The position numbers were made by a program, and so were the translations under genes. 64,000 nucleotides of DNA from Sedimentisphaerales bacterium. Lineage in GTDB: Bacteria; Planctomycetota; Phycisphaerae; Sedimentisphaerales; SM23-30. Position 1 is the stretch's first letter; each line of letters opens with the position of its first letter. The notes under the pieces were generated by a model, which saw nothing but the letters and a program-made list of their open reading frames with translations, had not been told where the DNA came from and did no database searches. Where the stretch lies: contig CAXXFK010000013.1 in NCBI GenBank assembly GCA_963663965.2, forward strand, positions 128,001 to 192,000, written 5' to 3'. Below, one piece after another: positions 17,186 through 27,600 of the stretch.

Positions 17186-19669
17186 ATGAGAACCCTTTCC
17201 ATTCTAATGATTATCTTAATCGGTGTTTCCTGTTTGAGCGCTGAGGCCGGCGTCCGGCCGGCGGGTGAGATGAGTAACGATACGATTGCCTGGATGAAGA
17301 AAGTGGGAGACTGGCAATTGACCCAGAGCAGCTGGGACAGCAGCACTGACTGGCTGCATGGCGCGCTGTTCGCGGGGATGATGGCGCTGTATGAGGCGAC
17401 CCATGATGAATTGTATTTGACGCGGTGCCGGGAATGGGCGGAGAAGTTTAACTGGCGGATGGCCTCGAATTCGTGGCATGGCGATAACAATGCCTGTGGG
17501 CAGACCTACCTGGAGTTGTATCTGCTGGATCAGGCCGATCCCATGCGATACGCTCACAGCAAGACAGTGAATGATGAGATTGCCGCGGCGATGCCGGTCT
17601 TCAATTGCGATATTTCCGGCGGCAGCAGGGTCTGGTGGTGGTGTGACGCCCTGTTCATGCACCCGCCGGTGATGGCCCGTTTGACCCGCGCGCTGAATGA
17701 CACACGTTATACGACCGTGATGCATGCCATGTGGGAAGATTGTCAGAATTGTCTGTATGATCAGGAAGACCATTTGTTTTTCCGGGACATTAACTATTTT
17801 TATCCGGAATATGCCTATAACGGCAAAAAGGTGTTCTGGGCGAGAGGTAATGGCTGGGTCGTTGGCGGGCTTTGCCGGGTCTTGCAGTATCTGGATGCGG
17901 ATGATCCGATGCGGACCCGTTATGAAACCTTGTTACAGGAGATGGCAGCCAGGCTGGCGTCGATCCAGCAGCCGGATGGATACTGGTACGCGAATTTACT
18001 GTCGCCGGAACAAACGAACTGTCCGGAGACCAGTGGGACGGGCTTTTTCTGTTATGGTATCGCGTGGGGGATTAATAACGGTCTGCTGGATGAGGCGACC
18101 TATGGACCGGTGGCGGAAAGGGCCTGGGACGCGTTGAAGGCGGCAGTGCGTGAGGATGGCCTGCTGGGCTGGGTGCAGCCGGTGGGTGCCGGACCGGCGG
18201 TGTCAACGGCAAATTCAACCCAGGTGTATGGTGTGGGCGCTTATCTGCTGGCGGGCAGTGAAATGCAGAAATATTACCATCGACAAGACGCTTCGGCGAT
18301 CGATTTTTATGATCGCTATGTTTCAGACGCCGGGCTTAGAGCCGTATGGCAGGATGGATCGGCAAACGGGACAACCGCCGAGATAACGCTGGGGAATTAT
18401 GGAGATCGTTTTATGGAATTAAGTTATCACAATGATCAAGCGCCCTGGCGGGCTGAAACGACTCTGGTGTTTGAGGCCGCACGTCATTTCAATGGCTGGT
18501 ATTATTTATCCTTGCAGGTTCGGGGAGATGCCGGTAACAGCGGAGAATCCGTTTATGTCAGTTTGGAAGATGCAGAGGGCGGGGTGGCGACCCAGATCAT
18601 GTCAGACCCTGCTGTTGTCCAGACCGCGGCCTGGACGGAGCTGGGATTTGCGCTGAGGGAATTTGCCGGGATCAATTTGAGCCGAATTGTCCGTCTGACA
18701 GTGGGGGTGGGGCAGCCTCAAGCCGTAACGAGCGGTGGATCGGGTATGATCCGAATCGACAGCATCCAGCTTGCGATGGAGCAATGCCGACCGACAGCTC
18801 TGGATTTTAACCAGGATTGCCGGGTGAACCTGGGGGATCTGGAAGTGATGGCCGGTCAATGGCAGGAGCGTTACGCGCAGATTGTCGAGCCGGAAGATCC
18901 GGGAACGGAGCATTTGAGCGCCTGGTGGGCGTTTGATGAAAGTGAAGGGGATCTGGCCTCCGACAGCAGCGGTCATGGATTGGTTGGCACTTTGTATGAC
19001 GGAGCGGTTATGGCGCCGGAATCCGGTAAAATTGGCGGGGCGGTTCGAATTTCGGGCAGCAGCAATACGGCCAGCCGGGTTGAGATTCCGGCTGATGCTT
19101 TGTCACTAAACGAATGTACGGTCGCCTTTTGGGTCCGGCCGGATCAAAATCAGGCGCCTTCAACGCGTTATCTGTTCGGGCATACCCGATTGAACAGCTG
19201 GGGGAATCGTATTCAGTTGTATATGGATAATGGTGATACCAATCTGGATCTGGGATTGGGTGGCTCCCATTCCGTTAAAACCGGTATTTATAACCTGCCG
19301 CGCGAGAGTTGGAGTCATATCGCGTTGAGCTGGGATGGAACGAATTATCAGGTCTATATCAATGGCCTGATAAAAGCCAGCGGCCCCTATAGCGTACTCA
19401 ATGAATTACAGGCAGTCGCTCATATTGGCAATGATGGGGGGAATGGTTTTTCCGGATCGAAGGTTGAGGCGTTTAACGGACTTATGGATGATGTCCGGAT
19501 ATACAACACCGTTCTGACCCAGCCGCAGGTTATGTATCTGGCCGAGACGCCGTTGCAAATCCAGATTGACCATCCGCGTCCGACCGATGTTTATCAGGAT
19601 GGCAAGATTGATGTGGACGATTTGAAGATTTTCATTGATGGCTGGGGTTTGGATACTCTGTGGCCTTGA
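17186..19669 (+). CDS. GH105 (GH88/105) unsaturated rhamnogalacturonyl hydrolase with CBM-like, LamG and dockerin-like domains
   Basis: WWWCDALFM.PP, LFFRD, FWARGNGWV, ETSGT.FF.YG, LGWVQP.G..P, YGVGA.LLAG. Confidence 0.9.
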   Translation: MRTLSILMIILIGVSCLSAEAGVRPAGEMSNDTIAWMKKVGDWQLTQSSWDSSTDWLHGALFAGMMALYEATHDELYLTRCREWAEKFNWRMASNSWHGDNNACGQTYLELYLLDQADPMRYAHSKTVNDEIAAAMPVFNCDISGGSRVWWWCDALFMHPPVMARLTRALNDTRYTTVMHAMWEDCQNCLYDQEDHLFFRDINYFYPEYAYNGKKVFWARGNGWVVGGLCRVLQYLDADDPMRTRYETLLQEMAARLASIQQPDGYWYANLLSPEQTNCPETSGTGFFCYGIAWGINNGLLDEATYGPVAERAWDALKAAVREDGLLGWVQPVGAGPAVSTANSTQVYGVGAYLLAGSEMQKYYHRQDASAIDFYDRYVSDAGLRAVWQDGSANGTTAEITLGNYGDRFMELSYHNDQAPWRAETTLVFEAARHFNGWYYLSLQVRGDAGNSGESVYVSLEDAEGGVATQIMSDPAVVQTAAWTELGFALREFAGINLSRIVRLTVGVGQPQAVTSGGSGMIRIDSIQLAMEQCRPTALDFNQDCRVNLGDLEVMAGQWQERYAQIVEPEDPGTEHLSAWWAFDESEGDLASDSSGHGLVGTLYDGAVMAPESGKIGGAVRISGSSNTASRVEIPADALSLNECTVAFWVRPDQNQAPSTRYLFGHTRLNSWGNRIQLYMDNGDTNLDLGLGGSHSVKTGIYNLPRESWSHIALSWDGTNYQVYINGLIKASGPYSVLNELQAVAHIGNDGGNGFSGSKVEAFNGLMDDVRIYNTVLTQPQVMYLAETPLQIQIDHPRPTDVYQDGKIDVDDLKIFIDGWGLDTLWP

Positions 19670-19701
19670 TATACACTCTTTGAACACCTGCCGGCAGACG
19701 A

Positions 19702-20181
19702 TTATGACTGGTAAATCAATGCGTTGATTTCATCGCAATGCAATTTGAAATGACGAGGATAGTCCGTGACCATGTCATTGAGGGAGATTTTCTGATCGAG
19801 CGCAGAAATCCAGATATGATCGAGTTTGTCTGGATCGATATTTCTGATCACGTGCATGATATGCAGGTGGCTGTATTTCCATAGTTGCACCAGATGATTC
19901 CAGTCTTCGTGTTGATAATTCTGGATCGCGATCCAGCGGTCGTTGTTGCCAAGGTTGGCATAATCGGGGTACCGGCAGGGACTGGGTTGATATTGCAAGT
20001 GGATGATGCGATGGGTATTGTTGGAAGCGGAGTCGATCATATGGCCGAGGATTTGTTTGATCGAACGGTTCTGGCCGTTTTTACGCTGGGAGATTACTTC
20101 TTCGGATAGCCCTTGTAAACGGGGTTCCCAATGTTGGATCAGATGAATCAGATCCCGGCAAATGGATTCATAACATTCCAT
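19702..20181 (-). CDS. DinB family protein
   Basis: SIKQILGH.IDSA.NN..R, Y..H...H metal-binding pattern. Confidence 0.85.
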   Translation of the reverse strand: MECYESICRDLIHLIQHWEPRLQGLSEEVISQRKNGQNRSIKQILGHMIDSASNNTHRIIHLQYQPSPCRYPDYANLGNNDRWIAIQNYQHEDWNHLVQLWKYSHLHIMHVIRNIDPDKLDHIWISALDQKISLNDMVTDYPRHFKLHCDEINALIYQS

Positions 20182-20286
20182 AGTAACTCCTTTGGATGGA
20201 TAATAAAATGAGAGACTATTACTACCAATTATGTTAATGTCGCGAACACTGAAATCAAGGGTAATTTTGAGGTGTCAATCACTGAC

Positions 20287-20319
20287 AAAAAAAGGCGCCC
20301 CCGGAATTACGGGGCGCCT
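20287..20319 (-). terminator. Intrinsic terminator of the MCP gene
   Basis: aggcgcccc/ggggcgcct stem with A7 on the left (U-tract on minus strand). Confidence 0.8.
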
Positions 20320-20349
20320 GGTATCGAACCGTTTTGGCAGATTATCGAT

Positions 20350-22512
20350 TTAAACTTTAAATTGTCCCACCAGCGAATTCAATTCTTTCGATAGTTGGGA
20401 TAGTTGAGAGCCGGCAACCTGGGTTTTAGAAGCGCCCCGGGCATTCTGCTGGGCGGAATTGTCGATCTGATCTATGCTCTGGGTAATTTCGCGGGCGACC
20501 AGAGAGGATTGTTCCACGCCGGAAGAAACCTGTTCGGCGGCCGAGGCGCTCTGGGCGACATTTTGAGCGATTTCCCGGGTGGTAATATTCTGTTCTTCGA
20601 CAGCGGAAGCGATTGCGCGCGAGACTTCGTTAACATTCTTAATCACCTCGCTGATCCGATTAATCGCTGTTACGGATTCGCCGCTGGAGGACTGGATTGC
20701 GGCAATTCGCTGACTGATATCTTCGGTGGCATCGGCCGTTTGACGTGCCAGTTCCTTGACTTCGTTGGCGACGACCGCGAACCCTTTGCCGGCATCCCCA
20801 GCGCGGGCGGCTTCGATGGTGGCGTTGAGCGCCAGCAGGTTGGTTTGTTCGGCGATATCCTGAATCACTTCGATGACTTTACCGATCTGGTCGGCGGCTG
20901 AGCCCAATTCATTCATTTTTTCATTACTGGAATTGGCCAGCGTATACGCTTCGTCGGCGACTTTGGATGCCTGTTCGGCGCTGCGAGCGATTTCGTTAAC
21001 ACTGACGGTCATTTCTTCAACGGCTGACGCAACCGATTTGATATTTCCGGATAATTCTTCGGTGGAAGACGCCATTTGCGACATGGTTCCGGACATATCC
21101 CGGGCCGCCGAAGCTACCGTAGAAGATTGGCTGCTCATGTCAGAGACGCCTTCGACCATTTGTGAGGCGGTGTCTGTCAAATTCGTGGAGGACTCGGCCA
21201 GTGATGTGGCGTGCACGGCGATCTGACGGATGATGGTTTGCAGTTTTTCGATAAAAATATTGAACCAGTGAGACAGTTCGCCTATTTCATCCTTCGAGGC
21301 GATCTGTAACCGAACCGTCAGGTTGCCTTCCCCCTGGGCGATGTCCTTGAGGGTTTCGCTGGCTTTATTGATGGGTTTGGTGATTTTGGATGAGAACAGG
21401 AAGGTAACGATCGAAATGATTGAGCAGACAACAATCGCCAGGGAGATCATTTTACGGATCTGAGTATTGACACTGGCGGTGACTTCTTTGGATTTGGCGG
21501 CGATTTCCTTTTCGATATCATCGATATAGGCCCCGGTGCAAATTACCCAGTCCCATTCTTTGAAGTATTTGATATAGGTCATTTTGGATACGGGTTGTTC
21601 TTCGCCCAGTTTGGCCCATTTATACGAGGTGATGCCTTCGCCATCCGCCTGGGCGACTGCCAGTTGGTCCAGGAGTAACTGCTTTCCATCGGGATCGGTA
21701 TAAATGGGATCGTCGATGGCCGTGCCAATCAGGGAGGCCTTGGGATGCTGGATCATTTTTCGGGTCTGGGCGCTGAAGGTATAGAAATAGTCGCTTCCTT
21801 CTTTACCGTATCGGAAGGAATTGATATTGGCGAGTGTATCTGTCATAATTTCCTGTGAGGTTGCTTCCATATAGACGCCAGTCCCGATGATCCAACCCCA
21901 TGGTTCAAACAATTTGACGTAAGACAGTTTAGGGACAGGCTGGTCCTGGCCGGGTTTGGGCCACATGTAATCGACCACGCCTTCGCCATTTTCCCGGCAT
22001 ACTTTTACCATTTCAACGAAGAGTTTTTTGCCATTGGGATCGGCAAAATCGCTCAGATCCTGGCCATCCAGTTCCGGTTTCATGGGGTGCATGATCATCG
22101 TGGGGTGATTATCGTTGATCCATAGATACTGTTCGCCATCGTAACGCATTTCTTTGACCAGGTTCAGGGCGATTTGTTTCTGCTCATCATCGGGCAGATT
22201 GCTCATATTCTTCTGGACGGCGGCAATGGTATTGTAAGCGACGGAAATAACATCATTCAGGCGCTTTTGGTATATCTGGGCGATCCGATTGGTATCCTGG
22301 CTGCTTTTATAGGCGTGGTCCGTCACTTTCCAGGCATTATTCACCAGATTTGCCAGCATATTTTTGCGTTCCTCCATCAGGGTTTGCTGGATTTCATCCA
22401 CGCGTTCGTTCCCCATGCGTTTGACGGCCTGCACCGAGACGAATGTGGTCACGACGCCTAAACTGACAACTCCGGTGATGACCAGACTGACAAGTTTACC
22501 TTTGATTTTCAT
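20350..22512 (-). CDS. Methyl-accepting chemotaxis protein with two Cache_2-type sensor domains and HAMP
   Basis: [35 protein letters not shown]; two Y.W.KPG...PV.K..Y.K.F..W.W.I.TG.Y modules. Confidence 0.95.
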   Translation of the reverse strand: MKIKGKLVSLVITGVVSLGVVTTFVSVQAVKRMGNERVDEIQQTLMEERKNMLANLVNNAWKVTDHAYKSSQDTNRIAQIYQKRLNDVISVAYNTIAAVQKNMSNLPDDEQKQIALNLVKEMRYDGEQYLWINDNHPTMIMHPMKPELDGQDLSDFADPNGKKLFVEMVKVCRENGEGVVDYMWPKPGQDQPVPKLSYVKLFEPWGWIIGTGVYMEATSQEIMTDTLANINSFRYGKEGSDYFYTFSAQTRKMIQHPKASLIGTAIDDPIYTDPDGKQLLLDQLAVAQADGEGITSYKWAKLGEEQPVSKMTYIKYFKEWDWVICTGAYIDDIEKEIAAKSKEVTASVNTQIRKMISLAIVVCSIISIVTFLFSSKITKPINKASETLKDIAQGEGNLTVRLQIASKDEIGELSHWFNIFIEKLQTIIRQIAVHATSLAESSTNLTDTASQMVEGVSDMSSQSSTVASAARDMSGTMSQMASSTEELSGNIKSVASAVEEMTVSVNEIARSAEQASKVADEAYTLANSSNEKMNELGSAADQIGKVIEVIQDIAEQTNLLALNATIEAARAGDAGKGFAVVANEVKELARQTADATEDISQRIAAIQSSSGESVTAINRISEVIKNVNEVSRAIASAVEEQNITTREIAQNVAQSASAAEQVSSGVEQSSLVAREITQSIDQIDNSAQQNARGASKTQVAGSQLSQLSKELNSLVGQFKV

Positions 22513-22990
22513 GTGTTCTCCTGCTTGAAATATGGTGTTGAAAATACAGCGACAATCATAAACCGGCGTGGAAATTTATGAGACGATCGGGCTCTGCCCT
22601 GAAAGTTACAATTTCAAAAAAAGGCTATCGCTCTATCTCAAGTCCAATAAATTTTGCTAGCCTGAAAAGCTTTTGCAATTTTTAGATCATTCAAAACAGT
22701 ATGATCTGCGGAAATAATTCATCCAATCGGGCTACCACAATTTCCCTTAACCGCTGCGGGTGATTTTCACACATTTTATCGGTTATTTCGAAAAGAGGAT
22801 TTATCGATAAATTGGGAATGATATTTTCAATAATGACAAATAAAGATTTGGGCAGAATCGTCTTTTATTGCCTGCTATGCTTTTAATTATAGGACTATAA
22901 AAGAGTAAGGATCCGTCCGATTAAGTCGTCAGCTGGGGATTGAGGAATGAATTGGGGGAATGAATTTTTAAAGGAACTGTATGAAACTCT

Positions 22991-23521
22991 TCAAAGGCGC
23001 ATCATCTGACGACTGAGCTCGCGATCCAGTTGCCGGGCCTGGTTTTGGGTCAGTTTGTTGAGCGCGGCCCAGAACCGGACGCCGTGGTTTCGATGGCGGG
23101 TATGGGTGAGTTCGTGCAGGAGGACGTAATCCTGAAGATGGGTGGGAAGGAAGATCAGGTTGATATTAAGGCTGATATCGTTGTTGGAGCTGCAGCTGCC
23201 CCAGAGCGTTTTTTGTTTGCGAAACGCGGCGCGTCGGTAGGGTAAGTTATATTGGTGCGACAATTCATCGAGACGAGCAAAAAGTTCTCTTTGTGCTTTT
23301 TCGAAATCGATCGTATCCAGATCGGGCCAGATGGTGTTATCGCGGATCCGGGTGTATCTGTCCAGATGTTTCTGGATCCATTCTTTACGGGATTCGGCGA
23401 ATTCACGGGCTTTTTCCAGAGAGACATTGCGGGGTACGGTGACTTTGACCTGCATGTCCGATCCGATCGAGATCCGGAGGTAGCGGGCGCGGTTCGATTT
23501 TTTGTAGATGATGGCGTTCAT
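22991..23521 (-). CDS. M48/YgjP (DUF45) family metallopeptidase
   Basis: QKT.WGSCS, DYV.LHEL.H....NHG..FW; start moved to ATG 23521. Confidence 0.88.
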   Translation of the reverse strand: MNAIIYKKSNRARYLRISIGSDMQVKVTVPRNVSLEKAREFAESRKEWIQKHLDRYTRIRDNTIWPDLDTIDFEKAQRELFARLDELSHQYNLPYRRAAFRKQKTLWGSCSSNNDISLNINLIFLPTHLQDYVLLHELTHTRHRNHGVRFWAALNKLTQNQARQLDRELSRQMMRL

Positions 23522-23543
23522 AAGAGATTCGGATTTTAATGGG

Positions 23544-24521
23544 TCAGTTGTTCCGGGCGGCCTGGGTGATCGCATCCAAAACCCGCAGATTGTTGGCGGA
23601 ATCCCCGTTCATGGTATCGGTAGGCCGGCCATTGCGGATATGCGCTTGAAAGTGCTGGACGCAGGCGGCGTACATATTCACCGGCTGGATCGAATGCTGT
23701 TCGAGCTGGTCACCTCTATGTAAAGTAACCAGAGCGGCTTCTTTGGCGGTAAAGGGCTGGGCACTGAAAATCCGGCCCTGATCGCCGCCGATGACGAGTT
23801 GGCGGCCGCCGGCATGGTCGATCGCGCAGTCAAAGGAGGCGGTGATGCCATCGGGCAGTTCGAGCACTGCGGCAGTGCGCAGATCAACGCCGGTCGGTCC
23901 GAGGTACTGACGGGCCTGAACGGAAAGCGGCTCCATGCCTGACAGGGTACGGATGGCGTGAACGCAATAGCAACCGAGGTCGAGCAGGGCGCCGCCGCCT
24001 AATTCGGGATTGAACCGGATATTTTGGGGGTCAGCCAGAACAAAATTAAAACTGATAGCGATATGTCGGATATTGCCGATGGCACCTTCGGCCAACCACT
24101 GATGAATCAGGGTGTACTGATCATGGAAATGATACATGAATCCTTCGGTGAGCAAACGATTCTGCTGATGGGCGGCATTGACCATCGTTTCCGCCTGCCG
24201 GGCGGTAATACCAAGGGGTTTATCGCAGAGGACGTGTTTACCGGCTTCGAGTGCTGCTAGTGTCCATTCCAGATGGAGGCTATTGGGCAGCCCTATAAAG
24301 ATAGCGTTAACACGGTCATCCTGCAGCAATGCCTGGTAGTTGTCATAATTATGAGTGATATTGAATTCGTCGGCCCAGTTTTGGGCTTTTTTGAGATCGC
24401 GGCTGGCGATGGCGGCTATGCGGGCATCGGGGAGCGATTGAATGGCCGGAATCCAGCGCTGGCGGGCGACACGAGAACAGGGCAGGATGCCCCAGTTGAT
24501 GGTTGTAGATGAATCGGGCAT
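23544..24521 (-). CDS. Gfo/Idh/MocA family oxidoreductase
   Basis: PN.LH.EW...AL.AGKHVLCDKP, GGGALLD.GCY. Confidence 0.92.
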   Translation of the reverse strand: MPDSSTTINWGILPCSRVARQRWIPAIQSLPDARIAAIASRDLKKAQNWADEFNITHNYDNYQALLQDDRVNAIFIGLPNSLHLEWTLAALEAGKHVLCDKPLGITARQAETMVNAAHQQNRLLTEGFMYHFHDQYTLIHQWLAEGAIGNIRHIAISFNFVLADPQNIRFNPELGGGALLDLGCYCVHAIRTLSGMEPLSVQARQYLGPTGVDLRTAAVLELPDGITASFDCAIDHAGGRQLVIGGDQGRIFSAQPFTAKEAALVTLHRGDQLEQHSIQPVNMYAACVQHFQAHIRNGRPTDTMNGDSANNLRVLDAITQAARNN

Positions 24522-24588
24522 TCATTTGTTTCCATAGCTTTAGGGTTATTGGGCGTCATTATATGAAATGTGCCTGGTGAGATAAATG

Positions 24589-24622
24589 AAAAAAGCCCCG
24601 AATGAAATCGAGCATGCGGGGC
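24589..24622 (-). terminator. Probable intrinsic terminator
   Basis: A6 followed by gccccg...cggggc stem, downstream of the large minus-strand gene. Confidence 0.6.
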
Positions 24623-24662
24623 GCAGTGAAATAAAATTGTCACACTGAAAGACGTTTAGCGG

Positions 24663-27600
24663 CTATTGATAGTCAATTAGCCAGATATTGCAGAGGACTT
24701 GCAGGTCAACGATATCCACCACGCCATCGGTGTTAAGATCGGTTTTGAGACAACTGGTCAGATCGCTGAGCATCCAGCAATGTGAGAAGGCGCTCAGGTC
24801 GTAAGTATTGATCATACAGTCCTGGTTGATATCGCCGGGGTAGTATTGAGCGTATTCATAGATGCCCATGTCCACAACGGCTTGGCCATCGCAATTGCCA
24901 TCGAACAATCGATTGGTGTTGTCCAGGTCGGTGGGTGGCAGGTCGATATAGTTATGACCCGTATCCACGCAGGGAGAGCCTTTGGCGAGGTGGAAGGGGG
25001 CGAGCGAATCAAATTGAGGATCCTGGTCGATATTGCCGCCCAGATCGGTTATGCCGGTGAGCAGCCAGTTGTCGCTGCTGCCGGAGCTTTCGATATCGCA
25101 ATTCTGAACACTTATCATTGAAGCGTCAATAACGAGTGGTTGACCGCTACTGTTCCATACTATACTGTTCAGCAATTGAAGCCGGCCGTCCCCGGCAGTC
25201 TGTACCGACTGCACAATGCCTTGCGACGTTGCCGCATTGTCATAAATGGTGCAGTTGTTTACGTTGACTAATCCGGACAGGCTGTGATATATCGCCCCTC
25301 CGTTTTGGGCCGTATTATTTCTCATCAGGCATTGGGAGATCGATGCTGACGACTGCTGTAATGCAAATGCTCCGCCATTCAGGCCGGTATTTTCGATGAA
25401 GAGACTGCGTTCGATAACGGAGGTGGCGTAGGCGCTATAGAGACCGCCGCCATTGCCTTGCGTGGCGACGTTTTGAGAGAAATCGCAACGGGTTATTTCC
25501 GGCTGGCCGTTGAAGACATAGATGCCGGCGCCGTTACTCTGGGTACAGTGGTTATCTGTTATCCGGCAATTCCGTATAACTGGGGAACCGCTATCGATAC
25601 AGATGCCGGCGCCGTTACCATGGACATGGTCAGGAGCCAGATCGTTATATCCATGAGTAATGGTAAAGCCATCCAGAATAGCGGTGTGGTCCAGAGCCAG
25701 GTCTTCGGTGTTATCAATGACGTGATAGCAGTTATCTGCCAGGCTGCTGGTACCAATATCACCGCTGAGAACCGTTAGATTACCGGTGATATCGCGCTGG
25801 GCCAGATCGAAGGTCTGGGGGTCTTCGTTACCGGCCAGGCCACCGATGAGGGCCACGCCGTTTTTCATCTGGAAAGAAGCGGTGCGAACATCGCCGGGAT
25901 CGAGCGGCGTCGAGGGAATATAGGTTCCGGCGGCCACCCAGATGGTGTCGCCGGGTTCGGCCAGTTTCAGGGCATTGGTCAGGTCTGTCAAGGCGTTGGC
26001 CCAGTTCAATCCGGTATTGCCGCCGGTCGCGTTATCATTGACATAAAAAGTCAATGGATGGGGGATCTGGAATTCGTAGGCACCGAGATCGATAAGACAA
26101 TCGCGTGGATTGCCATCGTAATCATCCGGCAGAGTTTCGGCGAATGAACCTTTATTAATACAGGGGCTGTTTATCGTGAGGCGCAGGTTGCCACCACCGG
26201 CGTCAACAAACATTGGATCGCTGTTGAGGTTTCCGGCGCCACCAGCCCCGCCGCGGATATCGGTGTAGCTGATCGAGTATGAACTGGAAGATGAATGGAT
26301 TTCTTTACCGGGGGTGTTATCCCATAATATTGAGTTCACGATCGTGGCGGTCGAAGAACTCAGGAAAAGGCCGTGGGCATTGAAGTTGAGGTTGTAGGTG
26401 ACCTGGTTATTCCACAGCGTGCAATTTTTAAGATCGATTTTGCTGCTGGAAGCGAATATGGCTCCACCGGAGCCGTATTGCCCGGCCTGGTTGGATGAGA
26501 ACACGGAATTACTGATGAGAAAGGCCGGGGTAGTGGAGAACGATTTGATATAGATAGCGCCGCCGGAGCTTATCGCATTGTTATTATGGAAATAGCAGGA
26601 CTCGATCCGGCCGGGTTCCGAGTCGAAGTCGTATTCCATATAAATAGCGCCGCCGTGGCCGTTGTTGGCCGTGGTCGCGTTGGAATCGAATCGGCAGTCA
26701 CGGATGATCGGACTGGAATGGCCAAACCGGATCGCGCCGCCGGTTTGGGATTCGTTGCCCGAAAACAGGCAGGATTCGAGCGTCATCGTGGAATTAAAAG
26801 CGCTGATCGCGCCGCCCTGATTGGTGGATTTATTGTTGGTGAATTGACAGTTGCGGATTGTCGGAGACGCGCTTTCGATGTAGATCCCTCCGCCGTAATA
26901 GTCTGGATAAGCCCCGTCGGCATTGCCGCGGGTAATGGTGACGCCGTCGAGGATGGTGTCGGGGCCGATGCCGCCGGCTTTGGCATAGAGTACATGATAG
27001 GCGTCGGCGGTGTCAAACTGGCTGTTTCTGTTCAGGTCGCCGCTAAGGGTGACATGGTAGCGGGCCGGATCACGGCTTTCCCACTGCGGGTAGCCGTATT
27101 GCCCGAAACCGCCGTACACGGCGACACCCGCTTTCAAAACAAAGCTCTGGTCGCGCTGACCGGAAGCGCCAGGATAATAGGTTCCCTGGGAGATCCAGAT
27201 TTCGGTGGACGGGACCGCGGCGCTGAGCGCGTCCTGGAGTCGGGTATAGGCATCATACCACGAGGTGCCGTTATTGGCGCCGGTGGCGTTATAGCGGACA
27301 TAAAGGACGCGCGCATATTCATCACAGCCGATATCGACACGGTTGCCGTTGACGCCGCCATTGACGATACGGGCGCCGCCGTCGAAGTCGATGTCGGGCA
27401 GAGCCGGCGCGGCATTCAGGCCGCGGTCGATGCAGACCGACGATCCGGTCAGGTGGAGATCGCCGGCGCCGGCGTCCAGGAATGACGGGTTGGCGTCGAT
27501 ATTGCCGACGCCGGGGTAGCCGCCTTCAACATCGCAATAAGAGACTATGAGCGTGCCGGAACCGGCGATCTGACTGTCAAAATTGTCCCAGAAGATGGTA

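Noticed and set aside
22513..22990. c-di-GMP riboswitch upstream of the MCP
   Set aside because: No GEMM-type tetraloop/receptor hairpin pattern found
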